Assembly (NCBI GenBank): GCA_040119125.1
Contig: JBEDTR010000005.1
Location: 93,266 to 157,265 of the forward strand
Length of the DNA: 64,000 nt
From: Marinobacter sp.
GTDB lineage: Bacteria > Pseudomonadota > Alphaproteobacteria > Rhodobacterales > Rhodobacteraceae
Direction of reading: 5' to 3'
Under the pieces are notes generated by a model that searched no databases, had not been told where the DNA came from, and saw nothing but the letters and a program-made list of their open reading frames with translations. The translations under genes were made by a program, and so were the position numbers. Positions 9,305 through 18,456 of the stretch are shown in pieces (within the stretch, counting starts at the first letter, position 1; every line of letters begins with the position of its first letter).

Positions 9305-10783
9305 ATGACCTATATTCTGGCCATCGACCAAGGCACCACCTCGACACGGGCGATCCTCTTCGATGAGTCGATCGAGCCCGCCCATAGCGCGCAGGCCGAA
9401 CTGACCCAGCATTTCCCCCACTCCGGCTGGGTCGAACATGATGCGACTGAAATCTGGGATCTGACCCTGAAGGTCTGCCGCGATGTGGCGCAGAAAGCGG
9501 GCGACACGCCGATTGCCTCCATCGGCATTACCAACCAGCGCGAAACCACCGTGATCTGGGATCGCGACACCGGCAAACCCATCCATAACGCCATCGTCTG
9601 GCAAGACCGCCGCACCTCTGCCACCTGTGCGCAGCTTCGCGATGACGGGCATGAGCCGATGATCACCGAGCGCACGGGCCTGCTGCTCGACCCCTATTTC
9701 AGCGGCACGAAGATCGACTGGATTTTGGGACAGGTCGACGGCGCGCGCGAGAAGGCCGCCGCGGGCAAGCTCGCCTTTGGCACCATCGACAGCTGGCTGA
9801 TCTGGAACCTGACCGGCGGCAAGCGCCACGTCATCGACATCACCAACGCCTCGCGCACGCTGCTGTTGAACATCCGCACCTGCGAATGGGACGAAGAGAT
9901 CTGCGACCTACTTGGCGTGCCCATGGCGCTGCTGCCTGAAATCCTCGATTGCGATGCGGATTTCGGCGAAACCGATCTGATCGGGGATCGCGTGCTGCCC
10001 ATTCAGGGGGTCGCGGGCGATCAGCAAGCCGCCACCATCGGGCAGGCCTGTTTCGAGCCGGGCATGCTGAAATCCACCTATGGCACGGGCTGCTTTGCGC
10101 TGCTCAACACCGGGCCTGATCTGGTGCGCAGCGAAAACCGGCTGCTGGGCACCGTCGCCTACCGGCTGGGCGGGCAGACGCGCTATGCGCTCGAAGGATC
10201 GATTTTCGTCGCCGGGGCCGCCGTGCAATGGCTGCGCGATTCCATGAAGATGATCGGCCATGCCGAAGAAACCCAAGGCCTCGCCGAAGCGTCGGACCCG
10301 AACCAGCCGGTGATCCTTGTCCCCGCCTTCACCGGGCTGGGCGCGCCCTATTGGAACGCCGATTGCCGGGGCGCGATCTTTGGGCTGACCCGTAATTCCG
10401 GCCCCGCCGAACTGGCCCGCGCCGCGCTGGAAAGCGTGGGCTACCAGACCCGCGATCTGATCGAGGCGATGCGACAGGATTGGTCTGAGGAAAGCCTGGG
10501 CCAGACCCTGCGCGTCGATGGCGGCATGACGGCCAGCGATTGGACGATGCAATTCCTCGCCGACATCACCGGCGCGCGGGTCGACCGTCCGAGGATACTT
10601 GAGACCACCGCGCTTGGCGTCGCTTGGGTCGCAGGCATGCGCGCCGGCGTCTACCCCGACGCGGCAGGCTTCGCCGAAAGCCGCGCCGTTGACCGCTCCT
10701 TCGAGCCGGGCATGACCACCGCCGACCGCGACGCCCGCTATCAAGCTTGGACCCGCGCCGTGCGTGGAACGCTGGAATATTGA
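9305..10783 (+). CDS. glpK: Glycerol kinase
   Basis: [41 protein letters not shown] and LRVDGG. SD GGGAGAG upstream of ATG 9305. Confidence 0.96.
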   Translation: MTYILAIDQGTTSTRAILFDESIEPAHSAQAELTQHFPHSGWVEHDATEIWDLTLKVCRDVAQKAGDTPIASIGITNQRETTVIWDRDTGKPIHNAIVWQDRRTSATCAQLRDDGHEPMITERTGLLLDPYFSGTKIDWILGQVDGAREKAAAGKLAFGTIDSWLIWNLTGGKRHVIDITNASRTLLLNIRTCEWDEEICDLLGVPMALLPEILDCDADFGETDLIGDRVLPIQGVAGDQQAATIGQACFEPGMLKSTYGTGCFALLNTGPDLVRSENRLLGTVAYRLGGQTRYALEGSIFVAGAAVQWLRDSMKMIGHAEETQGLAEASDPNQPVILVPAFTGLGAPYWNADCRGAIFGLTRNSGPAELARAALESVGYQTRDLIEAMRQDWSEESLGQTLRVDGGMTASDWTMQFLADITGARVDRPRILETTALGVAWVAGMRAGVYPDAAGFAESRAVDRSFEPGMTTADRDARYQAWTRAVRGTLEY

Positions 10784-10843
10784 GTTGGCACAAAGGCTTA
10801 CCCGACTGGGAATGCGGGTAGCTGGATGGACGCGACCAAGGCG

Positions 10844-10903
10844 ACCTTACCCGGGGGTAAGGTTCTGGCCCGCTGGGTAAGGTATCCATCGCGTGGGTAA
10901 GGT
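10844..10903. repeat. Three direct GGGTAAGGT copies at exact 20-bp spacing plus one inverted copy
   Basis: GGGTAAGGT at 10855, 10875 and 10895; ACCTTACCC at 10844-10852. Confidence 0.8.
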
Positions 10904-10988
10904 TTACGAGCCTCGCCCCCTCAACCAGTGGTAGGCGACGCCGTCAGAGCCCAACTCGACCCGCAAGCAACCAGCCCCATCCCGTCCT

Positions 10989-11357
10989 CGACCCTCCCGA
11001 CGGAGAACGCCTTTCGACCTTGGTCACCCCACAGATGCCCGGCGCGACCAGCGGCTGAGCGCGCGCCAATCAGAAAGTCACTCAGACGCCGAGCAACGCC
11101 ATTACGGCCTCACTTGGTTCGGGGCGATCAGCCCCCGGACCGCACCCGACCCTCCCGACGGGAGGGTGCCTTTCGACGTTGGTCACCCCACAGATGCCCT
11201 GCGAGGCCAGCGGGTGAGCGCGCGCCAAATGGAAGGTCAGTCAGGCGCCCCGCAACCCCATCACAGCCTCACTGGGTTCGGGGGCGACCAGCCCCCGGAC
11301 CGCGCCCGACCCTCCCGACGGGAGGGCGCCTTTCGACGTTGGTCACTGGTCAGATGC
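10989..11357. repeat. Tandem ~160-bp REP-like repeat array (about 2.3 units, 3 core copies)
   Basis: Core CGACCCTCCCGACGG(G)AG..GCCTTTCGAC.TTGGTCAC....CAGATGC starts at 10989, 11147 and 11307. Internal hairpins are CCCTCCC-GAC-GGGAGGG and GGGGGC-GACCA-GCCCCC. Confidence 0.88.
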
Positions 11358-11468
11358 TCGGCGGGGCGGTGCCATAAAGCGCAGAATTCGACCCGTCCGG
11401 CTGTGCCCTCCCAGGGTCTGGCGCGCTCCTCTGGGAAGCGCCGCAGAAAACTGCCGAGCAGACGCCGC

Positions 11469-13412
11469 TCATCCGCCGTCGTGGAAGTGGTCGTAGATCG
11501 TTTGGGCCATCGTGGCGCTAATGCCATCGACGGCTTTCAGGTCGGCTAGATCGGCGCGGCTGACGGCTTTGGCCGAGCCGAAATGGGTCAGCAGCGCGCG
11601 TTTGCGGGTCGCGCCGACGCCTGCGATTTCGTCCAGCGGCGTGGCGCCTACGGCCTTGGACCGTTTCGCGCGATGCGCGCCGATGACGAAGCGGTGCGAT
11701 TCATCGCGCAGGCGCTGCACGAAATAGAGCACGGGATCATTGTGGCGCAGCGCGAAGGGCTGCTTGCCGGGGCGGTGGAATTCCTCCTTGCCCGCGTCGC
11801 GGTCGATGCCCTTTGCCACGCCGATCACGGGGATGTCTTCCACCCCCAATTCCGCCATGATGCTGGCTACCGCTGAAATCTGCCCTGCCCCGCCGTCGAT
11901 CAACAGCAGGTCCGGCCAGGTTTCGCCCTGCCGATCCGGGTCTTCCTTCAGTAGCCGGGTGAAGCGGCGCTTCAACACCTCCTTCATCATGCCAAAGTCA
12001 TCGCCCGGCGTCAGATCATCGCCCCGGATGTTGAACTTCCGGTATTGAGATTTGATGAATCCCTCTGGCCCCGCGACGATCATCGCGCCGACGGCGAATG
12101 CGCCTTGGATATGGGAGTTGTCGTAGACTTCCACGCGCTGGGGCGGCGCAGGCAGGGCAAAGGCCTCGGCCAGACCCTGCAACAGCTTGGTCTGCGTGGC
12201 GCTTTCGGACATGCGGCGCGCGAGGCTTTCGCGGGCGTTGCGCACCGCGCCCGCGACCAATTCGGCCTTCTCGCCGCGCTGGGGCACGAGGATCTCGACC
12301 TTGCGGCCCGCATGTTTCGTCAATGCCTCCGCCATCAGGTCGCGTTCTTCTAGATCGTGGCTGACGATCACCTGACGCGGCGGTTCTTTCCCATCATAAA
12401 ACTGACCAACAAAGGCGGCGAGCACCTCTTCGGGGCCGGCGCCGGAGCCGGTGCGCGGGTAGTAATCGCGATTGCCCCAGTTTTGATTGGCGCGGATGAA
12501 GAAAACCTGAACGCAGGCCTGCCCGCCCTCCATATGCAGGCCGATCACATCGGCTTCGGCCACGCCGCGCGGGTTGATGCCTTGGGAGCTTTGGACCTGT
12601 GTCAGCGCGCGGATGCGGTCGCGCAGGGCGGCGGCGCGTTCGAATTCCATCGCTTCTGAGGCGGCCTCCATATCGGCGGCGAGCTTGCCCTGCATTTCGG
12701 TGGACCGGCCCGACAGAAAGCGTTCGGCATCCTTGACCAGACCGGCGTAATCAGCCTCGCTCACATGACCGACGCAAGGCGCGGAGCAGCGCTTGATCTG
12801 GTAGAGCAGACAGGGCCGCGTGCGGCTTTCGAATGTGCTGTCGGTGCAGTTGCGCAGCAAAAATACCTTCTGCAACTGGTTCAGCGTCCGGTTCACCGCG
12901 CCTGCGCTGGCAAAGGGGCCGTAATAGGCGCCTTTATCCTTTTTCGCGCCGCGATGTTTGCGGATTTGCGGATAGGCGTGATCCTTGGCGACGAGGATAT
13001 TCGGAAACGATTTATCGTCGCGCATCAGCACGTTGTACCGCGGCTTCAGCTGCTTGATGAGGTTCTGTTCCAGCAGCAGCGCCTCGACCTCGGTTCGGGT
13101 GGTCAGGAACATCATCGACGCGGTTTCGCGGATCATCCGTTCGATGCGCCCCGAATGGCCAGAGGGGCGCGCGTAATTCGACACGCGCGCCCGCAGATTG
13201 CGCGCCTTGCCGACGTAGAGAACCCGGCTTTCGGCATCGAGCATCCGGTAAACGCCGGGCGAGCTGTCGAGCGTTTTGAGATAGGATTGCACACAGGCAT
13301 ACCCGGTGACGCCGGGGGCGTTCACGCCTTCGGGGATCGGCTCCCGTTCGGGCGGATCGGAGGCCGTTGCGTCACCTGAAGGGGCGGGATTTTCGGGTGT
13401 TCGTGATTCCAT
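11469..13412 (-). CDS. uvrC: Excinuclease ABC subunit C
   Basis: GIY-YIG domain (PGVYRM...LYVGKA.NLRARV), [27 protein letters not shown] and a C-terminal HhH. ATG 13412 chosen as start. Confidence 0.96.
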   Translation of the reverse strand: MESRTPENPAPSGDATASDPPEREPIPEGVNAPGVTGYACVQSYLKTLDSSPGVYRMLDAESRVLYVGKARNLRARVSNYARPSGHSGRIERMIRETASMMFLTTRTEVEALLLEQNLIKQLKPRYNVLMRDDKSFPNILVAKDHAYPQIRKHRGAKKDKGAYYGPFASAGAVNRTLNQLQKVFLLRNCTDSTFESRTRPCLLYQIKRCSAPCVGHVSEADYAGLVKDAERFLSGRSTEMQGKLAADMEAASEAMEFERAAALRDRIRALTQVQSSQGINPRGVAEADVIGLHMEGGQACVQVFFIRANQNWGNRDYYPRTGSGAGPEEVLAAFVGQFYDGKEPPRQVIVSHDLEERDLMAEALTKHAGRKVEILVPQRGEKAELVAGAVRNARESLARRMSESATQTKLLQGLAEAFALPAPPQRVEVYDNSHIQGAFAVGAMIVAGPEGFIKSQYRKFNIRGDDLTPGDDFGMMKEVLKRRFTRLLKEDPDRQGETWPDLLLIDGGAGQISAVASIMAELGVEDIPVIGVAKGIDRDAGKEEFHRPGKQPFALRHNDPVLYFVQRLRDESHRFVIGAHRAKRSKAVGATPLDEIAGVGATRKRALLTHFGSAKAVSRADLADLKAVDGISATMAQTIYDHFHDGG

Positions 13413-13466
13413 GATTGGCTGCAATCTAGGTCGTTCAGGGGCAAGAGGAAACAAATCCACCGTTCC

Positions 13467-13475
13467 TGTGGATAA
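13467..13475 (-). promoter_or_regulatory. DnaA box (TTATCCACA)
   Basis: TGTGGATAA on the + strand, an exact match to the consensus. Confidence 0.75.
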
Positions 13476-13559
13476 GCCTGCGGAGAAGTTCGGGGCGGAT
13501 TGGAATTGCCTTTGCAAACAGGGGATTTCGTCTCCTTGCCTGCAAAATAGGCACTTTTC

Positions 13560-13572
13560 CAAGGCCTTGATT
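13560..13572. promoter_or_regulatory. IHF binding site
   Basis: CAAGGCCTTGATT matches YAA-N4-TTGATW exactly and has AT-rich flanks. Confidence 0.6.
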
Positions 13573-13614
13573 TAAAACGGAATTTTTCCGCTCTCGGGCA
13601 ATCGTTTGAAATCG

Positions 13615-13630
13615 TTAATAAAACCGTAAC
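13615..13630. promoter_or_regulatory. CtrA-like binding site
   Basis: TTAA-TAAAACC-GTAAC versus the consensus TTAA-N7-TTAAC (1 mismatch), followed by further half-sites at about 11-bp phase. Confidence 0.5.
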
Positions 13631-13688
13631 ACTCTCGTTACGTCAGGGTTAGCGGTGCATAACCATTTCTGCAAAGCCGTTTTGCAGG

Positions 13689-14468
13689 TTATTCCGCACC
13701 GAGGATATCGGGCGTGCGCCATGCCAGATGTTGACCGCCATCGACGCAGATCAACTGACCCGTCACGGCCCGCGCGCGCAGCAGATAGGCCAGCGCGGCG
13801 CAGATATCGTCGGGGTCCGAACCGCGCTCCAGAATGGTGGCTTGGCGCTGGTTGTCGAAATGCGCCTGCGACTGACGCGCGCCCTTCAATGTGGGCCCCG
13901 GCCCGATGGCATTGACCCGCACGCGCGGGGCCAGCCCCATGGCCGAAGTCTGCGTCAGCGCCCAAAGCCCCATCTTGGCCAGCGTGTAGCTGGTGAATTC
14001 CGGGGTCAGCTTGCGCACGCGCTGGTCGAGCATATTGACGATGAGACCCTGTGCGCGCGGCTCACCGCCCGCGTCCTGCACCGGGTCCGCCACCTGCGCG
14101 GCGAAGTTCTGGGTCAGAACGAAGGGCGCGCGCAGGTTGCTTTCCATATGGCGGTCCCAGCCGTCGCGACTGGCCGAGGTGATATTGTCATATTCGAAGA
14201 TTGACGCATTGTTCACGAGCACGCTCAGCGGCTGGTCCAGCGCCTGCACCGCCCGGTCCACCAGCGCCTGCATATCGGCCTCGACGGTCAGATCGGCGCG
14301 CAGCGCCTCCGCCCGGCGGCCCGTGGCGCGGATTTCGGCCACTAATGTGCGGGCGGCGTCGTCGGAGCCGTGGTAATGCACGGCAATATCATAGCCCTGC
14401 CCGGCCAGTTCCAGCGCCATCGCGCGCCCCAGACGCTGCGCCGCGCCGGTTACCAATGCAGCACTCAT
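13689..14468 (-). CDS. SDR oxidoreductase, pteridine reductase-like (PTR1/FolM/PruA type)
   Basis: TGAAQRLG (PTR1-type TGAAxRLG), LVNNAS, and catalytic D...YTLAK. SD GGAG upstream of ATG 14468. Confidence 0.8.
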   Translation of the reverse strand: MSAALVTGAAQRLGRAMALELAGQGYDIAVHYHGSDDAARTLVAEIRATGRRAEALRADLTVEADMQALVDRAVQALDQPLSVLVNNASIFEYDNITSASRDGWDRHMESNLRAPFVLTQNFAAQVADPVQDAGGEPRAQGLIVNMLDQRVRKLTPEFTSYTLAKMGLWALTQTSAMGLAPRVRVNAIGPGPTLKGARQSQAHFDNQRQATILERGSDPDDICAALAYLLRARAVTGQLICVDGGQHLAWRTPDILGAE

Positions 14469-14490
14469 GTCCTGCGCTCTCCTTGTCGTG

Positions 14491-15486
14491 TCAGGCCACC
14501 ACTGCCCATAGGTAGACGCCGTAGAGCGCACAGAACGCAAGCCCCACGCGCCGCCCCATATCGCGCCGGAACCAGACAAACGGCACCAGCGCCAGCGACG
14601 CGGCCAGCATCACCCACAGGTCGAAATTGCGAATTTCCGGGTCCACCGGGATCGGCCCGACGAGGGAGGCGACGCCCAGAATGCCCAGCAGGTTAAACAT
14701 GTTGGAGCCAATGGCATTGCCCAGCGCCACATCGGCCTGACGGCGCAGCGCGGCGACGACGGTGGTGGCCAGTTCCGGCAGCGAGGTGCCGACCGCGACA
14801 AGCGTCAGGCCGATCACCGTATCGGGCACATTCAGCGCGGTGGCGATGGAAATGGAGCTGTCGACCAGCAGATTGGCGCCTAGGGGCAGGCCGATCAGGC
14901 CCAACGCGAGATAGAGCGCGATTTTCCACCAACGCATGGAGGGATCGGCGCCTTCGACTTCGGTCTCGTCTATGGGATCTGTCGCGCTGGCCTTGGCGGC
15001 GGCTTCGGTGGCGGCGCGGGATTTTTCCGCCCGGCGGTGGCCCCGCGCGCTATGCAGCGCATGGCCCAGCATCAGGCCCAGACCCGCCAGCAGGATCAGC
15101 CCGTCGATCCATGTGATCGGTCCGGTGAGCGCCAGCCCGATGAACAGCACCGTCGCGGCCAGCATCTGCGCATAGGTGGTGCGGATGTCGCTGCCAGAGC
15201 TGTGGAGGACGGAAATCACCGCAGGCAGGCCCAGCACCAGCAGCACATTGGCGATGTTGGAGCCGACGACATTGCCGAGCGCCAGACCCGGCGCGCCGTC
15301 GAGGATCGCGCTGACGGAGATCAGCAATTCCGGCGCGGAGGTGCCAAAGGCCACGATGGTCAGCGACACGATCATCGCCGGAATGCCGATACGCAGCGAC
15401 ATGTTGACGGCACCGCGCACCAGCGCGTCGCCCGCAAACAGCAAGATCACGAGGCCAAGCGCGGCCAGCATTAGGTCAAGCGCCAC
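14491..15486 (-). CDS. Calcium/sodium antiporter (CaCA, YrbG-like)
   Basis: Two alpha-repeats, GTSAPEL...GNVVGSNIAN and GTSLPEL...GNAIGSNMFN. Confidence 0.92.
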   Translation of the reverse strand: MALDLMLAALGLVILLFAGDALVRGAVNMSLRIGIPAMIVSLTIVAFGTSAPELLISVSAILDGAPGLALGNVVGSNIANVLLVLGLPAVISVLHSSGSDIRTTYAQMLAATVLFIGLALTGPITWIDGLILLAGLGLMLGHALHSARGHRRAEKSRAATEAAAKASATDPIDETEVEGADPSMRWWKIALYLALGLIGLPLGANLLVDSSISIATALNVPDTVIGLTLVAVGTSLPELATTVVAALRRQADVALGNAIGSNMFNLLGILGVASLVGPIPVDPEIRNFDLWVMLAASLALVPFVWFRRDMGRRVGLAFCALYGVYLWAVVA

Positions 15487-15489
15487 GGA

Positions 15490-15681
15490 TTACTCCCAAT
15501 TCTTGCAGGGACAGGGATCGCCGCCGATCACGGGCGCCCCGCAATCGGCGCATTTGCGCGGCTTCGGCAGCTTATCCGGGCCGCGCTTGCCCTTGCCCTT
15601 CGGCAGGCTGGGCAGGTTGAGCTTCCCCAGCAGCGCGAGGATGGCGATGGCGATCAGGAAGTAGATGACAATGCGGGTCAA
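15490..15681 (-). CDS. Small membrane-anchored protein with a C-terminal Cys4 motif
   Basis: 63 aa with an N-terminal TM helix, a K/P-rich linker and CADC-x8-CPC. It overlaps the upstream stop by 4 nt and ends 3 nt before the next start. Confidence 0.7.
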   Translation of the reverse strand: MTRIVIYFLIAIAILALLGKLNLPSLPKGKGKRGPDKLPKPRKCADCGAPVIGGDPCPCKNWE

Positions 15682-16478
15682 CGCTGAACCCCGTAGCGGG
15701 CCCAGAGTGCGGATTCCTCGACATGGCCCAGCGTATCGGCGGCGAGTGACATGCCGACGCGCGCCAGCAGGCCTTTCTTCTGGCCATAGCTGACAAACCG
15801 GGTTTTCGCGCCGAAGCGTTGCTGCATGACCGGAACGAGATGCCCGATCCCATCGGCAAGGCCCACGTCAATCGCGCCCTGCCCGACCCAGATATCACCG
15901 GTGAACAGATCCGCCTCGGCGTCGAGTTTATCGCCGCGCCGGGATTTCACATGGGCGATGAAACTGTCGTGGATCGCGGTTTGCAGCCGTTTGAGCCGGG
16001 CCACATCCTCGGGGTTTTCGGGGCGGAACGGATCGAGGAAGCTTTTGGAGCCGCCTGCGGTATGCACCCGCCGCTCGATCCCGTGACGGCCCAGAAATTC
16101 ATGCAGCCCGAAGGAGGCCGAGATCACACCGATGGAGCCGGTGATCGAGGTCTGATCGACGATGATTTCGTCGGCGGCACAGGCCAGCCAATAGCCACCC
16201 GAGGCCGCGACATCCTCGACAAAGGCCACGACGGGGATGTTCTTTTCCTCCGCCAGACGCCGAATGCGGGCGGCGATGAGGGAGCTTTGGGCGGGCGAGC
16301 CGCCGGGCGAATTGATCGACAAGGCGACAGCGGCGGGTTTGCCACGGCGGAAGGCCTTTTCGATCAGCGGGGCCATGCCGGCATCGGACAGCCCGCGCGG
16401 ACCGGAGGCGATCGCCCCGTTCAGCCGCAGGACAGCCACCACCGGGTCGGAGGCAACAAAGGGGATGAAGCGCTTCAT
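15678..16478 (-). CDS. S49 family peptidase (SppA/SohB-like)
   Basis: INSPGGS, AASGGYWLAC, GSIGV and FTGDIW.G..A motifs. Confidence 0.92.
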   Translation of the reverse strand: MKRFIPFVASDPVVAVLRLNGAIASGPRGLSDAGMAPLIEKAFRRGKPAAVALSINSPGGSPAQSSLIAARIRRLAEEKNIPVVAFVEDVAASGGYWLACAADEIIVDQTSITGSIGVISASFGLHEFLGRHGIERRVHTAGGSKSFLDPFRPENPEDVARLKRLQTAIHDSFIAHVKSRRGDKLDAEADLFTGDIWVGQGAIDVGLADGIGHLVPVMQQRFGAKTRFVSYGQKKGLLARVGMSLAADTLGHVEESALWARYGVQR

Positions 16479-16485
16479 GGCAGGT

Positions 16486-16514
16486 GATGTAAGGCGCGCG
16501 ACCTGCGGGAACAA
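16486..16514 (-). promoter_or_regulatory. Putative promoter for the S49 operon (leaderless)
   Basis: TTGTTC-N17-TACATC ending 7 nt before the ATG; no SD. Confidence 0.4.
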
Positions 16515-16593
16515 GACGCGCGCGCCAGATCGGCCCGCGCTTGACCCCCTCGCGGCGCTGGCCTACCGGGAAGCACCCAAGCAGGAGCGACCC

Positions 16594-17487
16594 ATGCCGA
16601 CCTATACCGCCTTTAGCACGATCAACGGCAAACACGCGGCCGAGACGCTGGGCGAGGCTTTGGAAAACCTCAGCCCGGAGCCGACCGGCGTCAGCGTTTT
16701 CGAGATTCAGGAGGACGGCGCGGAGGAGATCGAGACCGAAACCGCCGATTGGGAAATCACCGCCTATTTCATCGAAACCCCCGATGAGGCAGGTCTGGCA
16801 TTGCTCGCCGCTGCGCATGGCTCCGCGCCGTTCGAGGTGACGGAATTGCCGGAAACCGATTGGATCGCCAAGGTCGAGGAAGAATTGGCCCCGGTCGTGG
16901 CCGGGCGCTTTTTCGTCTATGGCAGCCATAGCGCGGATCAGGTGCCCGACGGCGTCGAGCCGCTGCTCATCGAGGCGGGCATGGCGTTCGGCACCGGCCA
17001 TCACGGCACCACGCTGGGCTGTCTGGAAGCGCTGGACCACCTGATTGACGCAGGCCTCGCCCCGCGCGCCGTGGCCGATATCGGCTGCGGCACCGCCGTT
17101 CTGGCGATGGCGGCAGCGCGGATCTGGCAGGTGCCGGTGCTGGCGTCTGACATCGACCCCATCGCGGTCGAAGTGGCCGAGGTCAATCTGGCGGCCAATG
17201 ACATGACGGGTCAGGTGCATTGCCTTGTGGCCGAAGGGTTCGATAATGCCGAACTGGCCGCCGCCGCGCCGTTCGACCTGATCTTTGCCAATATCCTGAA
17301 GGGGCCGCTGATCGGATTAGCGCCCGATCTGTGCGGCGCACTGGCACCGGGGGGCTATGCGATCCTGTCGGGCATCCTTAATCCACAGGCGGATGCGGTC
17401 GTTGCGGCCTATGCGGCGCAGGGCGCAACCGTCCACAAACGCGAAACGATTGGAGACTGGACCACGCTCTGTCTCAAAAAAGCCTGA
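16594..17487 (+). CDS. prmA: Ribosomal protein L11 methyltransferase
   Basis: AFGTGHHGTT, DIGCGTAVLA, DLIFANIL and ILSGIL. SD AGGAG upstream. Confidence 0.93.
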   Translation: MPTYTAFSTINGKHAAETLGEALENLSPEPTGVSVFEIQEDGAEEIETETADWEITAYFIETPDEAGLALLAAAHGSAPFEVTELPETDWIAKVEEELAPVVAGRFFVYGSHSADQVPDGVEPLLIEAGMAFGTGHHGTTLGCLEALDHLIDAGLAPRAVADIGCGTAVLAMAAARIWQVPVLASDIDPIAVEVAEVNLAANDMTGQVHCLVAEGFDNAELAAAAPFDLIFANILKGPLIGLAPDLCGALAPGGYAILSGILNPQADAVVAAYAAQGATVHKRETIGDWTTLCLKKA

Positions 17488-17592
17488 GCTTGCGCCCCAA
17501 TGCCGCCCGAATTGCTTCGTATCCCTACACCATCGACACCGGGACTGGGACCTGAGGTCGATCATAAGGGACAATGTAGGGAGTGTAGGGCA

Positions 17593-17919
17593 ATGCACAA
17601 TCCATCCATGTTTAGCGCACGCAGCCGGCGCATTGAGCGGCAGCACCAGCAGGACACCGCGCTGGTCGCAGAGGATCGCTATGTCGAGACGCGCCGTTCT
17701 GGCGGGCGTCGCGGCAAGATGCGCATGGCGCTGACCGCGCTGGCCGGGTTTGTCGCGTTCAAGGGCGCGGTGCTGGCGGATCTGGGGGCGGTGAATTACA
17801 TCGCTCGGATCGAAAATCTGCGCGATGGCGATGCAATTGACCGGTTCGGCTCTCTCATGATGGGGATCGACCCGCTGACCCTGCAGGTCGCGCAGTGGAT
17901 CGCGCCGATGTTCGGCTAA
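17593..17919 (+). CDS. Hypothetical membrane protein
   Basis: 108 aa with one TM segment and a C-terminal MMGIDPLT; purine-rich SD-like GGGAG/AGGG upstream and a terminator downstream. Confidence 0.6.
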   Translation: MHNPSMFSARSRRIERQHQQDTALVAEDRYVETRRSGGRRGKMRMALTALAGFVAFKGAVLADLGAVNYIARIENLRDGDAIDRFGSLMMGIDPLTLQVAQWIAPMFG

Positions 17920-17963
17920 GCCCCTGCCCGCCGGGATCTGCCCGGCAACAGGATTTCAAATGC

Positions 17964-17999
17964 AAAATGGCCGCGCCCTTCACAGGACGCGGCCATTTT
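17964..17999. terminator. Bidirectional intrinsic terminator
   Basis: AAAATGGCCGCG...CGCGGCCATTTT between convergent genes. Confidence 0.85.
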
Positions 18000-18064
18000 C
18001 ATGTGGATCGGGTCGTGAACCGGGCGGCAAGCGGCGCCTTGGCGCGCGCCTGCCTTAGCGGGGC

Positions 18065-18247
18065 TCAGCGGCCCAGGGCGTCCACGTCGCGGCGGGTCAG
18101 GCCGATATCGTCCAGCTCACGATCCGTGAGCGAGGACAATGCCTTGCGCGTCAGGCGGGTGTCGTTCCAGTCGTTGAGACGGCCCACCAGACGGGTGAAC
18201 ATGCCGGAGCGGGGGGCGCGCAGGGCGCTTTGGTCGAAATAGGTCAT
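18065..18247 (-). CDS. DUF1127 (YjiS-like) small protein
   Basis: W...R.TRKALSSLTDRELDDIGLTRRD signature; SD GAGGA. Confidence 0.92.
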   Translation of the reverse strand: MTYFDQSALRAPRSGMFTRLVGRLNDWNDTRLTRKALSSLTDRELDDIGLTRRDVDALGR

Positions 18248-18456
18248 AATGCGATCCTCGAAGATTGGGGCCAGTGGCCCTTTTCAACGGGCCGCGTCAT
18301 GGCTGGGGAGGTAGAGTTTTCAAACTGCCCTCACAAGGGGGCTTTTGAGCATGGCTTGCTTGCAATTTGTGCATAGTAAAAACTTCATGACAGTCGGCGA
18401 AGGATCGGGCCTGCGGGCATGTCCGGGGGAAAGCTGTGGTGCGGGCTCTGGCCGAT

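Larger units (their letters stand above)
13413..13688. other. Candidate chromosomal replication origin (oriC)
   Basis: Perfect DnaA box at 13467-13475, 1-mismatch box at 13654-13662, 2-mismatch box at 13479-13487, exact IHF consensus at 13560-13572, CtrA-like site at 13615-13630, and an AT-rich core in a GC-rich genome. Confidence 0.6.

Noticed and set aside
8807-9366. Short ORFs in the ggt-glpK intergenic region
   Set aside because: Several overlapping frames with no SD, no domain and atypical composition; more consistent with a divergent promoter region.
10989-11357. CRISPR array interpretation of the glpK-uvrC repeats
   Set aside because: The period is about 160 bp, the 'spacers' are homologous to each other, the repeats are degenerate and there are no cas genes.
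10928-11549. ORFs 10928..11377, 11166..11549 and 11261..11527
   Set aside because: They are translations of the repeat array, R/P-rich, with no SD or recognisable domain.
13413-13562. N-terminal extension of UvrC to 13562 given by the ORF track
   Set aside because: It runs through AT-rich DNA full of DnaA/IHF-type sites, and UvrC similarity begins only after ATG 13412.
17920-18064. CcsR/cuckoo sRNAs downstream of the DUF1127 gene
   Set aside because: No CCTCCTCCC loop motifs on the coding strand; only a terminator is present.
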